64,000 bases of DNA from NCBI RefSeq assembly GCF_015852565.1, contig NC_136205.1, positions 3,066,707-3,130,706 on the forward strand, in the 5' to 3' direction. The stretch comes from Branchiostoma floridae. Its lineage: Eukaryota. Under the pieces are notes generated by a model, which saw only the letters and a list, made by a program, of their open reading frames with translations, was not told where the DNA came from and made no database searches. Both the position numbers and the translations under genes were made by a program. This document shows positions 35,666 through 46,037 of this stretch, piece by piece. The stretch's first letter is position 1, and every line of letters starts with the position of its first letter.

Positions 35666-35800
35666 GATGTGTTTACAGTGAGTGTAGGGAACCTGCCCCC
35701 CAGAGCCAGTGTACTGATCAAGATCACCTACGTCGCTGAGCTGGCAGTGGAGGGAGAAAACATCTGCTTCAGACTGCCTGGCAGCGTCGCTCCCTGGCAG
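35666..35800 (+). CDS. PARP4: PARP4 exon 18 (VIT domain)
   Basis: ttttctag|DVFTVSVGNLPPRASVLIKITYVAELAVEGENICFRLPGSVAPWQ|gtgtgt. Matches human DVFTVSVGNLPPKAKVLIKITYITELS...MPATVAPWQ. Confidence 0.92.
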
Positions 35801-36277
35801 GTGTGTTTGTCTAGAACTTTGTTACCATGGCAACAAGACGTTGTTATCTCCGTGTACGAATGATTCATTCTGTTTTTTTTATATTCTTGGTGTCCGTAGT
35901 TATTTGAATACACTGTCAGTAGATTTTGAGTGTCAGGAAGTGAGTGGGAAAATGGTGTCACAGTGTAAACTTGGGAGAGTGACAGTTCATGAAAGTATCA
36001 GACATGACAGGTCATCGGGTCAATGGAAGAGGCTACTAATTTCACGGGGAGACTATTTTTTTGTCTGTGTATTTGCAGTTATGCATTTTCCACATGCAAG
36101 TCACACTCACTATAGAGTAACAGGAAACAATCATTATTTAATGGACATATAATAAATGTAATAAGGACTTCGAACTCTTGTTTTGGATGTTGAGATAATA
36201 TGTACATTGTATAATGTTTGTTTGATCACAACTAAGATTATTCAAAGATTTTTTAAGCTTAGATTTTCCACCAACAG

Positions 36278-36427
36278 AAAGATTCACTCTCTGAGAAGAT
36301 CCAAAAGGACCTGGAAACTGTCAAGGTGGAAAAGGATGCTGGGAAAGAATTCTCCCTCCAGGTCGCCATGGAGATGCCCTTTGACATCAGGACCATCCAA
36401 TCACCATCTCACAAAATCAGAGTGAAG
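36278..36427 (+). CDS. PARP4: PARP4 exon 19
   Basis: ccaacag|KDSLSEKIQKDLETVKVEKDAGKEFSLQVAMEMPFDIRTIQSPSHKIRVK|gtagaa. Matches human KQSFSLTMSIEMPYVIEFI. Confidence 0.85.
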
Positions 36428-36818
36428 GTAGAAATTACTTCCATGACCTGTTTTGACTCAGCCAAGGCACTCTGTTTCTTTGTCACTAACCATTCTGTTA
36501 TAATTACAAAATGTACTTTGAAAATGCTGATGAGCTTTTGCAAACAAAACAATAAAAACAGTCTTGAAAACAATTATCCAATCAGAGGACTAGATTTTTT
36601 TTAGAATGTTCCTAAATAATGTATTGCATGCTCAGAAATGATTAATGTCATCTCTGACTACTGAGGGCATAATTTTTGTCCTGTAATTTTCTTTGATTTT
36701 TCTTGCTATCCTCTTATATTTTATGAATATACTATTAGATGATAAAGCAGTGGTTTGATAATAGATATTACTTCATTCCTCAGTTATGAATTTAGATGAA
36801 ATGGTTATCTGTGTGTAG

Positions 36819-37007
36819 GGTCAGAGAACGACTCGGCATAATTATAAGTTTCTCTTTATCCCCACCAATCAGAGGACAGCAAGCAAGGCTGTAGTGGAGC
36901 TGGAGAAGAACTGCATGCTGGGAGCTGGTTTCCTGCTGCAGGTTGGGCTGGCTGAGATCCACGTACCCAGGATGTGGGCGGAGCGGCACCCTGACAAGGA
37001 CAGCCAG
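36819..37007 (+). CDS. PARP4: PARP4 exon 20
   Basis: gtgtgtag|GQRTTRHNYKFLFIPTNQRTASKAVVELEKNCMLGAGFLLQVGLAEIHVPRMWAERHPDKDSQ|gtttgt. Matches human LHIGLSAAYLPRMWVEKHPEKESE. Confidence 0.8.
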
Positions 37008-37696
37008 GTTTGTTGGTTTGTTTGAACTTTAGCATGAAAGCTCATCTGTGTTGGTATAATCGATACTGAAGGTTTTTAATTGTCATTCAACACAAGAAAT
37101 TGCTCTCCTCGAATTTTCGGTAGCACATCCGTCAACCTTTGACAGGAGTGGTGGTTCAATTACTCTAAACATGTGATGTAGGAACACGAATGAAGAATCG
37201 TAGATGCTTGGCAAGCGGTATCGGCCCCCGTCTCTGTTAAGTGTCGGCTAGTGTGATCTTATGTGTATGGCCTCCTTTACCCCCCTCGCGAAGTAATCCG
37301 GTTCAGTATCCAATATTTGTGCTTTGTTTTAACTTTGTTTCTTCATAAAAGCTCAAATTGTCCTGCAGGCTGCTTTTCATTGAGGTCATGAGGGAAGAGA
37401 CAAGGGTCAGACTAAGTGTATAACAGAGATACAATACAGTTAATGATGATATGCATTCTTTGATTAATATCATCATATAGCAGGATATCAGTTGATGATA
37501 CTCTTTCCTCTTTTTATTTGAGGGACTGAAAAAGTCACAAAGTTGTGTTTAAGGGTTGAACTATGCCATCTCTTTTTTTAAACCCTCTTCATTATACACA
37601 GGACTGTGAGGGTCAACAAGTTATACTAAGTCTTATGTGGGGGTGAAGTCTGCTATCTCTAATGATTTTACTTAAAAAAAATCTGTTCATACACAG

Positions 37697-37883
37697 GCCT
37701 GTATGCTGACCTTCTACCCAGAATTCCAAGCAGAGGTTATGCAGGGTCATGAGGTCATCCTCCTCTTGGACGGGTCCAACTCCATGCGGGGGTCAGCTCT
37801 GGAGGCAGCCAAGAAAGTCGCCCTGCTCTGTCTGTGCCATCTACCAAAGGAATGTAGCTTTAACGTTGTTGCTTTTGGCACAG
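37697..37883 (+). CDS. PARP4: PARP4 exon 21 (vWA domain start, MIDAS DxSxS)
   Basis: tacacag|ACMLTFYPEFQAEVMQGHEVILLLDGSNSMRGSALEAAKKVALLCLCHLPKECSFNVVAFGT(G)|gtgtgt. Matches human ACMLVFQPD...VIICLDCSSSMEGVTFLQAKQIALHALSL. Confidence 0.88.
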
Positions 37884-37924
37884 GTGTGTTCTTAATCATT
37901 TTCATTTTGAAAACAGATTTGCAA

Positions 37925-38095
37925 TGGAATATGATTCTATTTAACTTTCTTTGGTGCTGATTGGCTATCACACGATGCGGTCTCATTTCAAATGATTCTA
38001 TTTACCTTTCCTTGGTGCTGATTGGCAATCACATGAGGCATTCTCATTTGAAATAATTTTATTTACCTTTCATTGGTGCTGTTTTGCAGATTTGT
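37925..38095. repeat. Minisatellite of ~62-bp units, each carrying CTGATTGGCT (inverted CCAAT / NF-Y-like box), block 1
   Basis: Three units of the form ctttggtgctgattggctatcacacgatgcggtctcatttcaaatgattctatttaa. Confidence 0.7.
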
Positions 38096-38290
38096 AACGG
38101 AATACAAAATAGTCTGAAGCTTCTGTACGTTGGTGCAGTCGCTGTAGAAGAGCAATTTGAAAGAGTGCTCAACAAATTTCATCGATGAAATATCAAACGT
38201 TTGATAGGATATAGCCCTTATTCATGTCCTTGTTAGGTATTGTGATGTAACTAGTTTTTCTTTATAAACTTTACAAATTCCATTTTGTAG

Positions 38291-38364
38291 GATATGAGGA
38301 ACTGTTTGCTGTGAGCCAGTCCAGAACCAAGTCCAATGTCTCTAAGGCTGAAACCTTTATCCAG
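38291..38364 (+). CDS. PARP4: PARP4 exon 22 (vWA)
   Basis: ttttgtag|(G)YEELFAVSQSRTKSNVSKAETFIQ|gtatag. Matches human GYKELFSYPKHITSNTMAAEFIMS. Confidence 0.75.
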
Positions 38365-38469
38365 GTATAGTCTTCATCTCATTGTTATTGAGCATTATAA
38401 CTTATCCCATGTAACTGTCTTTCAAGGTTTATTAGGCAAGAAAACAGTATACTGTTCCTTTTTGTTTGC

Positions 38470-39150
38470 CATTCTAATGAAATCTTGTTTCATCTGTCCT
38501 TGGTGCTGATTGGCTGTTGCATAGGTAGTCTTCTCCTATGTAATGATTATAAACTTATCTTACCTTGGTGCTTATTGGCTGTGACATAAAGAAGTCCTCT
38601 TTCAAATGATTCTATTTCATCTTTCCTTGGTGCTGATTGGCTATCACATAAGGTGGTCTCATTTCAAATGATTCTATTTCATCTTAAGTTGGGTTCTGAT
38701 TGGCTGTGACATTAAGCAGTCTCCTTTCAAATGATTATATTCTATCTCTCCTTGGTGCTGATTGGCTATTACATGAGCAGTCTCATTTCAAATAATTTTG
38801 TTTTATTTAGTTAATGCTGATGGCTTGGAATTTAGGCAGTCTTCTTTCAGATGGTTCTATTTTATTTCTCCTTGGTGCTGATTGGCTATCACATGAAACA
38901 ATCTCATTTCAAATGATTCTATTTCATCCTACGTTGGTGCCAATTGACTATCACATGAGGCGGTCTCATTTCAAATGATTATATTTCATCTTACATTTTA
39001 CTGATTGGCTGGAACTTGAGGCAGTTTCTTTCGAGTGATTTTATCTAGCTTTCCTTGGTTCTGATTTGCTATCATCTCATGCAATGTTATTAAAACTAGT
39101 CTATTTTATCTCTCCTTGGTGCTGATATGCTATCACGTTGTGTAGTCTTT
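38470..39150. repeat. Same CCAAT-containing minisatellite, block 2 (~11 units), in the PARP4 intron between exons 22 and 23
   Basis: Repeated tccttggtgctgattggctatcacatgag…tctcatttcaaatgattctatttcatc units with variants. Confidence 0.75.
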
Positions 39151-39354
39151 TATCTAAGTACTAGTTTTATCCCACCATTTATACTGAATGTCTCTTGGAT
39201 AATCCCATTTGATATCTGATTTCTCTTCCCTTACTAAATATCAAAACACAGCAAACCATACACTTTTTGTAGGTGATTTTCAGTAGTGATACATTTGACA
39301 AGAAAGCCATAGAAAGAAAAATGTTCTTACCAATTTCTGCAATTATTTTATCAG

Positions 39355-39542
39355 AATGTCAAAGCATCCAAGGGAAACACAGATGCATGGAGACCCCTGC
39401 GTGGGTTCTTCCTGCTTCCGCCGTTGGGTAAAACACGGAACGTGTTCCTCATCTCTGACGGACATGTGAACAACCCTGACCAGACTCTGAGCGACATCCA
39501 CCAACATTACCAGGAGACTAGGGTCTTCAGCTGTGGTGTGGG
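39355..39542 (+). CDS. PARP4: PARP4 exon 23 (vWA)
   Basis: tttatcag|NVKASKGNTDAWRPLRGFFLLPPLGKTRNVFLISDGHVNNPDQTLSDIHQHYQETRVFSCGVG|gtaagg. Matches human MGNTDFWKTLRYLSLLYPARGSRNILLVSDGHLQDE...RLFACGIG. Confidence 0.88.
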
Positions 39543-39654
39543 GTAAGGACAAATCTCACAAGATTTTGTGTACTATTCCTTGAACCTTGAACCTTGACCA
39601 TTCAAGATTCAAGATATAACAAATTGATCCTGACTGTCCGTAATAATTAGCAAC

Positions 39655-39735
39655 CAATGACACTACTGGGAGACAAGGGTCTTCAGCTGTGGGGTGGGGT
39701 AAGAATGCATCTCACAAGATTTTGTGTACTGAACT
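39655..39735 (+). pseudogene. Duplicated fragment of the 3' end of PARP4 exon 23 plus its intron start. This is a decoy donor.
   Basis: gagacaagggtcttcagctgtggggtggggtaagaatgcatctcacaagattttgtgtact copies agactagggtcttcagctgtggtgtggggtaaggacaaatctcacaagattttgtgtact at 39515-39575. Confidence 0.65.
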
Positions 39736-40162
39736 TGATTCTACTGGAAGATACATTTGTAAGTCAATGTGTAACAACAGACAGATCCTGGCTGTCCATC
39801 ACAATTAGCAGTTTAACCAATGATGGTATGGTAATTAGTGTTTAGATTGGCTGCAGTCTCGCAGACATTTGCATTTTTCTGTTTTATATCCTATCTTCTG
39901 CTGGAGGTGGATGGGGCTATATGAGATTGGTCTACTGGTTAAGATTTGGAGACTTACTTCATGACTTTTTAGTTACTTTTGTCACTCTTTTTCAACAATA
40001 ATAATATGTAAGATGGAAATAGAACAATTGAACATCACAAAGTCTGTAGAACTCATATGAAAATGATTAGTTACAGAGATTGCCTTCCAACATAGCAACC
40101 TTCCATTTTTTTTTCATGTAGAATGTAGCAACAACACAATAATTCTTGATGCTTGTTTTTAG

Positions 40163-40262
40163 GTCAACTTCCAACAAACATTTGCTGCGAGCCTTGGCCA
40201 GGGTGGGAGGGGGCGCCTTTGAGTATTTTGATGATAAAACCAAATCCAAGTGGGAAAAGAAG
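40163..40262 (+). CDS. PARP4: PARP4 exon 24 (vWA end)
   Basis: gtttttag|STSNKHLLRALARVGGGAFEYFDDKTKSKWEKK|gtaaag. Matches human STANRHVLRILSQCGAGVFEYFNAKSKHSWRKQ. Confidence 0.88.
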
Positions 40263-40489
40263 GTAAAGTCTATCATTTTATATCATGAACATGTAATATG
40301 TTTCATCGTTTCCCATAAAGTTTGCATTGCATGTATATCTTAATCTATATTGTCATTTATCAATAATTACTTTTAATACTCAATTTCATATACTTTATTA
40401 GGCTTTTATGCATTTTGTTATTTATGTATGAATATCAAAACACATAATTCATTACATACTCTCAGGCATACTTTCATACACATGTGCAC

Positions 40490-40575
40490 ACATAATTTTT
40501 ATACAAACACACAAACATACACATAGGCACAGAGACACAAACACACACACACACACACACACATACACACACCAC
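40490..40575. repeat. (CA)n-rich microsatellite
   Basis: acacacacacacacacacacacatacacacac. A second block lies at 40850-40915. Confidence 0.85.
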
Positions 40576-41039
40576 TAAGGTCATCTAAGGTCAGGACACA
40601 CATACCTATATGGTATCAAGTTACATATACTAGGGCAGTATGCAACGGAAAGGTATATAAGTGCGAACTTTGTGTCAGCCTCAAACCTCAGAAGATATTG
40701 AATGTGCACAGCAAAACTGGTTTGGCTGACCAGCTAAAAGTTACACACTGAAACTTGTAGCTCCAGATGTCTTACTGAGGGATGACTGCAGTGCAAAATA
40801 TGTTGGTAGCTTAAAGAATGAGTCCACTCAACTTTATACATAATACACACAACACACATAGGTACACAGACACAAACACACACACATACACACACACACA
40901 CACACATGCACACACATGCATGTACAATCATGTGTACACTGAGAAGATATTAAAGCAAAGCTTAAACCTCAAGTTTACTGTGTTTGATATAGTGACTAAT
41001 ATACATGTAGATGTATCTAAAACCCTGTCAAATTCCTAG

Positions 41040-41210
41040 GTGAAAGCCCAGCTGTGGAAAGCTGCCCAGCCCGGCCTGACGTCCATGTCAGTTGATTGGC
41101 AGCAGTGGGATGATGATGCCCCGCCTCCTGTCCAGGCCCCCAATCAGATCGTCTCTCTCTTCAACGGTTTCCGTCAAGTGGTGTATGGCTACGTCCCACA
41201 CTGCACTCAG
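41040..41210 (+). CDS. PARP4: PARP4 exon 25
   Basis: attcctag|VKAQLWKAAQPGLTSMSVDWQQWDDDAPPPVQAPNQIVSLFNGFRQVVYGYVPHCTQ|gtcaaa. Matches human VKWQQLNPDAPEALQAPAQVPSLFLNDRLLVYGFIPHCTQ. Confidence 0.9.
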
Positions 41211-41612
41211 GTCAAAACATTCCAATATACATGTAGTACCTGTCAACTTGTAAACCTGAGTCTGTAAACTTGTAAAATGCAAAACTTTGTACTAATTTGT
41301 ACCAGGTCTCAATGTTGTGCTCTTTGGAATTTAGGCACAATATCCACACTCATCAGAATGAATACCACAGTATCCATTTTTATTAGAATGAATACCTAAC
41401 TGTTGTTAGTGTCACTAAAATGAGTGATGCTGAAGAAGAGTGATGGATGTCACTTGAAATGTCCGTTTTTTTATCCAGTTGTTGGGATTGAATTGTATTT
41501 GAATATTGTTTACCTGGGTGTCCAACCTTCATAAAGGACTTCTCAAACTAATCTGAAACATGGCTAATCATTCTAAAATGAAAAAGTTTGTAATTGAAAT
41601 TACTGTAAATGT

Positions 41613-41815
41613 ATTTAAGTTCGCGGCGATTTAATTTTGCGGGAGTGGGAAATGGACTTTTCACCGTGGTTTTAATTTTGCAGTAACACCATAGACTACA
41701 GTCTAATACCATAAAGAAAAATGTTCGCGGTGGTTTTAAGTTTGCGGTGAGGTGGTCTCCGCGAAAACAGCTAGCATTAATCCACCACGAACATTTCTGC
41801 ATTTACAGTATTGTT
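41613..41815. mobile_element. Same MITE family, copy 3, in a PARP4 intron
   Basis: ta|ctgtaaatgtatttaagttcgcgg…cacgaacatttctgcatttacag|ta. Confidence 0.7.
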
Positions 41816-41829
41816 TTTATTTATTCCAG

Positions 41830-41910
41830 GCCACCCTGAAGGCTGTCATCAACAACCGGGAAATCAGCACCATGGTCTCCACCACTGAACTCAGCATCAC
41901 CACAGGCAAG
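41830..41910 (+). CDS. PARP4: PARP4 exon 26
   Basis: tattccag|ATLKAVINNREISTMVSTTELSITTGK|gtggga. Matches human ATLCALIQEKEFRTMVSTTELQKTTG. Confidence 0.9.
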
Positions 41911-42407
41911 GTGGGACAGGTTTTTGGCTACACCTCTGGGGTGGAGGCCATATTTCTTTTTAATAGCTGGGATTATTTCCTGTAACCAGGCATTTTAATT
42001 TGTTTGTTGATTGTTTATTTAAGGATTGAGACCTATACTAAACATACATGAGCAAAAGAGAAATAAAGCAACAGCTGCAGTAACAACACAGAATAAGAAC
42101 ATTCATACAACATTTTGGCAACTGTCTGTCACCTTCCTCAGAGCAATTCTGAGGGCCACTACACATTTTAGCTAAGGTGTCGCTGCTAGCAATGCACGTT
42201 AGGAACTATGACAGCCATTTATGCGTTCCCAAATATAACATTATACATATAACATATATTGATCACAATGATTGTTGTCATATATAAAATTACAGATGCC
42301 GACAGTCAGTAGATCCTGGTTGTGAATAAAAAAAATGTTACATTATAATAGTGATTTTCCAACCTGACTAAATGATTCAAAGGACTAACCACACAGTTTT
42401 GTCCCAG

Positions 42408-42488
42408 ATCCTGCACCAGCTGACGGCCCGTGCTGTCATCAGAGACTGGGAGGACGGGACCCTGCATGCAGACAGGATGCACCATGAG
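42408..42488 (+). CDS. PARP4: PARP4 exon 27
   Basis: gtcccag|ILHQLTARAVIRDWEDGTLHADRMHHE|gtcagc. Matches human MIHKLAARALIRDYEDGILHENETSHE. Confidence 0.9.
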
Positions 42489-42952
42489 GTCAGCGTGTTC
42501 TAAATCCTGACATTGAGAATCAGTGTGGTATTCCTCATGTCATGTGTGGCTGTGCTGGGTGGTTGTCTTTGTAGTACCGTAGCACAGTTTTCGTTGCTCA
42601 TTTGTACATTCTGCGGTCATGATCTTCTAATGGTTGATAGGTCTTTGGCTCATGAAAAAGTGGTATAATTTTGGGCCCTCTGGCAGCTTTTTTTAAACTG
42701 TAGGAGGCGATGTTTGAAAAAAAGAGTAAGGCAGGTAGGGGTTGACGGATTGTCACAATTTTTGCTATGTAGATGGCTTAAGAGATAATTGACATACTTA
42801 GTTGGCTTGTGTAAAGGGGTATAGTTTGGGGCTCTTTGGCAGCTTTTTTTGTAACTGCAGGAGCAGGATCTTCATGAATTTTGGTTAAAAAAAAACTTTG
42901 TAGATGGCTTTAGAGATAATTGACATGCTTATCTTTCTCTCTTTTTTTCCAG

Positions 42953-43054
42953 ACAAAGAAAATGGGTCTGAAGCCGTACATTATCGACCTTAGTAAGGAG
43001 TACTCCATCGTCACACAGTTCACCAGCTTTGTAGCTGTGGAGAAGCGGGAAAAG
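42953..43054 (+). CDS. PARP4: PARP4 exon 28
   Basis: ttttccag|TKKMGLKPYIIDLSKEYSIVTQFTSFVAVEKREK|gtgaga. Matches human MKKQTLKSLIIKLSKENSLITQFTSFVAVEKRDE. Confidence 0.9.
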
Positions 43055-43529
43055 GTGAGAAAAATTTTGGTGACACCAAGGGAACAGAACTTGTACTTGT
43101 AACAGTTACTGTAAGTGTGGAAATAACTCATAAGCCAGAGCGAAAAAAAAAAAAATCCATGAAAACAAAAATTCTGCCAAACCACAGGACTAAACATCCA
43201 GACCATTTTTTCCCAGGCTTGGTTTGTCTTATGGTCCACATCCAGTAAACCTGTAAGATACAATCATCGCCATTTCAATAAATATTTATTCATTTATTGC
43301 TATTCTTGTTCAAAGAGGGGAACGCCCCATGCCCTGACCATTTGCCCCCTTACCCTGAGGAGCGGATCCTCTGACAGTTATAAAATTCTGATTAACCAGG
43401 GGTAGTTTAAGGACAAACGTGGGCATAGTTTGTTTGTTTTTTGAGAAAAGGGGAAAAGCAACACACTCACGGATGTTATTCATAGAATGAAGTCAGTGTG
43501 GCCTATGACATAATGATTGTTTGATGCAG

Positions 43530-43657
43530 GATGAAGATCTGACTACCGGTGAGGGTCCAAGCATCACAGAACTGGTGGAAAAAGAGAGTGTGGACATCCT
43601 ATCCTACATGGGATGGGAGAGGGACAAAGGGGAAGAGGAGGCAGAGGAAGTGTATAA
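43530..43657 (+). CDS. PARP4: PARP4 exon 29 (ends in a basic NLS-like stretch)
   Basis: gatgcag|DEDLTTGEGPSITELVEKESVDILSYMGWERTKGKRRQRKCI(+AG)|gtatga. Matches human NESPFPDIPKVSELIAKEDVDFLPYMSWQGE...KRKHRK. Leaves phase 2. Confidence 0.75.
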
Positions 43658-43785
43658 GGTATGAGCCAAATTAAAGTGGAATTTTGGCTTGCTTTAAAAT
43701 GAAAGATTTTTGTGAAGAAAATCAAGTACGTGTGCCTTAAATTTTTTGACTGGACATCGCATAGTTTCTTGTATTCAATTTCTAG

Positions 43786-44187
43786 AATAAAGTGCTTGAT
43801 GGACAGATCACAGAAAAGGCCATTGAACACAGCTTGGAGTTCTACACCACTGCAGTGGAGACTGCAAAAAGGGAGCTTCCCCCAACCCATCCAACAGTGT
43901 TGCAGTCACAGCTCTCTTTGGCAATGTTTTATCACAACAAATTGAATATGCAGGACAAGGCCTGCCTGGTTGCAAAGGCTGCCTTTGACGATGCGATCGC
44001 GGAGTTGGATACTCTGAGCAAGGAAAGCTACAAGGACTCGACCTTGGTGATGCAGCAGTTGAGAGACAACTTGACATTGTGGTCTGCTGAGGACGGGGAA
44101 GAAGAGAAAAAAGCCAACGAAAAGAAAAAGGTCCTTATTCCTAGTGTCAACCATAGCTCACTTTGGCTAATCAACCTTCTCGGATGA
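43786..44187 (+). CDS. Intact ORF encoding a 14-3-3 protein C-terminal half (helices 7-9, including 14-3-3 signature 2). It is embedded between PARP4 exons 29 and 30. Its status is unresolved: it could be an exonized module, a nested-gene exon or a young pseudogene fragment.
   Basis: [109 protein letters not shown]. Compare 14-3-3 epsilon [42 protein letters not shown]...[41 protein letters not shown]. The frame is open from the tttctag| acceptor-like site at 43785 to the TGA at 44185. It is not in phase with the exon-29 donor when obvious splice sites are used. Confidence 0.5.
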   Translation, partial: NKVLDGQITEKAIEHSLEFYTTAVETAKRELPPTHPTVLQSQLSLAMFYHNKLNMQDKACLVAKAAFDDAIAELDTLSKESYKDSTLVMQQLRDNLTLWSAEDGEEEKKANEKKKVLIPSVNHSSLWLINLLG

Positions 44188-44194
44188 AGCCCAT

Positions 44195-44575
44195 CTTACA
44201 TACCCAACCATGGCCTCGCGACCTTCTCCAGACCATGGTTGGGAGTTAAGCCCCTGTCACACATAGCCGACCATGCCCTCCCAACCTTCTTCAGACCATG
44301 GTCAGGAGTTAAGCCCTTGTCTTACATACCTGACCATGGCCTCCCAACCTTCTCCAGACCATGGTCAGGAGTTAAGCCCTTGTCTTACATACCTGACCAT
44401 GGCCTCCCAACCTTCTCCAGACCATGGTCAGGAGTTAAGCCCTTGTCTTACATACCTGACCATGGCCTCCCAACCTTCTCCAGACCATGGTTGGGAGTTA
44501 AGCCCGTCTTACATACCCAACCATGGCCTCGCGACCTTCTCCAGACCATGGTTGGGAGTGAGACCATCAGTAATT
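44195..44575. repeat. Tandem array (~6 copies) of a 63-bp (3n) unit with internal palindromes (catacctgaccatgg…ccatggtcagg). It is open in two reading frames.
   Basis: ccatggtcaggagttaagcccttgtcttacatacctgaccatggcctcccaaccttctccaga repeated. ORFs 44239-44613 and 44273-44632 are open only because of the 3n periodicity. Confidence 0.7.
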
Positions 44576-45028
44576 TGGACCAGACCAAACTTGGCAAAGT
44601 CATATTCTTCTAAGGTGCAAGCAGATTGGTAAAATGGAATATGGTTGGTAGCAAGTCATTGAAAGGTCCTGAATTTGTGACAGGGGATGTGACTAGTACA
44701 TAATTTTGCATGGAAACGGGAATAGACCGACTGAGTGTGCTTGTTAAAACTAAGAGTAGATTATCTTCAAGACCAGAATCTTCAAATTACCAATTGAATT
44801 TATCATAACTTTTCTATATTTGATGTTGTCAACAGGTCATAGAGGAAGTTTATTATGAAGAGGTTTTAATGGGAGGTAAGATACCAATTAATCTTTAATT
44901 TACATTTAGTTTAACCTTGTATTAAGTTGGAATTTATTGAATGGTTGATCATGAGATTTCAACACCAAGGACTCTATTGAAATGCACATCTTGATTTTGT
45001 TTTGGTATTTTTATTTTCCAACTTCTAG

Positions 45029-45169
45029 ACTTGGATGATTTTGACATGGAGGACCCTGAGTATCTAGAAATGGGAGGTGCTGGTGTTTCCTCCAGCACAG
45101 AGGAGACAGAATCTGATGACTCGTGGGGATCAGATTCAGATCTAGATGAAGAGAGTGAATGTGAGGAAG
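45029..45169 (+). CDS. PARP4: PARP4 C-terminal-region exon 30 (acidic)
   Basis: cttctag|(x)LDDFDMEDPEYLEMGGAGVSSSTEETESDDSWGSDSDLDEESECEE(G)|gtaaga. Phase 1 in and out. It chains in phase to the next two exons. Confidence 0.55.
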
Positions 45170-46037
45170 GTAAGAAACTAGTTGGAAATCTTTAACGATG
45201 TATCTGCCCATCATTGCCAATCATCATCATCATATCTTGTCGCTCCATCTCCTTATCCAGCTGCGGGCTGCCTCATTGGCCTCTCTTAAGCTAAGGGCAC
45301 AACCTGCCGTACATACAATTTGTCTGTATGTTTTTTTAGGCCACGTTCCCCACATATGTCTGGAAACGCTTCGTCCGTACTGGCACATAGGGGGGCAAAT
45401 CCGCAGCCCGAGGGCACACAAAGTTTTGCCTGCACGTAAAGTTCTACAGCGTGTCTGCGTGCTCCGTCGGATTCTCTACGAGTTTGTATGGAGGCGGTAC
45501 TTACCACTTACGGATCCCAAAAGATTGCCCACGTATTTGCATGTACAGCGGGCTGTGCCCTTAGCTTTAGGTCACTGTCCGAGCAGGTTGGGCCAAGTTC
45601 ACAGTTTTGTAACAGATGTTGTATTGTTTGCAGCTCTGCTCAGTATGGGCAGGCTGCACTTGCAGATTTGTCCAATTTCATTTCCAATAACGTTTTCCCT
45701 AGAGTTTTGTTTATTTGATGTTTTTGGTTTTGATGTTGCTTAGACTGGAGATGGTTCGCTAGACCTAGTGGTTGACCAGTCAGGTTTGACTCACTGTGGA
45801 CTGCATATTTACTTTTGAATTATTCTATTGTAAATGCCCATATGGTTGTTTTATGTTCACAGTTTCACTGTTGCCGCTTTACCACATACTCAAACCACTA
45901 GGAACATTTCTCCATGACAGTAAATTGTTGCTACAGTATATGGTGCTATTGCATGTGAACTCAAAAAGTCCATTTTCCTGCTTCTGCAAAATCAGATCCC
46001 TGCAAACTTAATTGCATGTACTGTATCTTGTTCACAG

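Noticed and set aside
42910-43263. 117-aa minus-strand ORF overlapping PARP4 exon 28
   Set aside because: It is antisense to a homology-supported exon, with no domain similarity. It is considered spurious.
44239-44632. Two overlapping 120-aa plus-strand ORFs full of repeated peptides
   Set aside because: They are open only because the underlying tandem unit is 63 bp (3n). There are no splice-site or homology support for coding.
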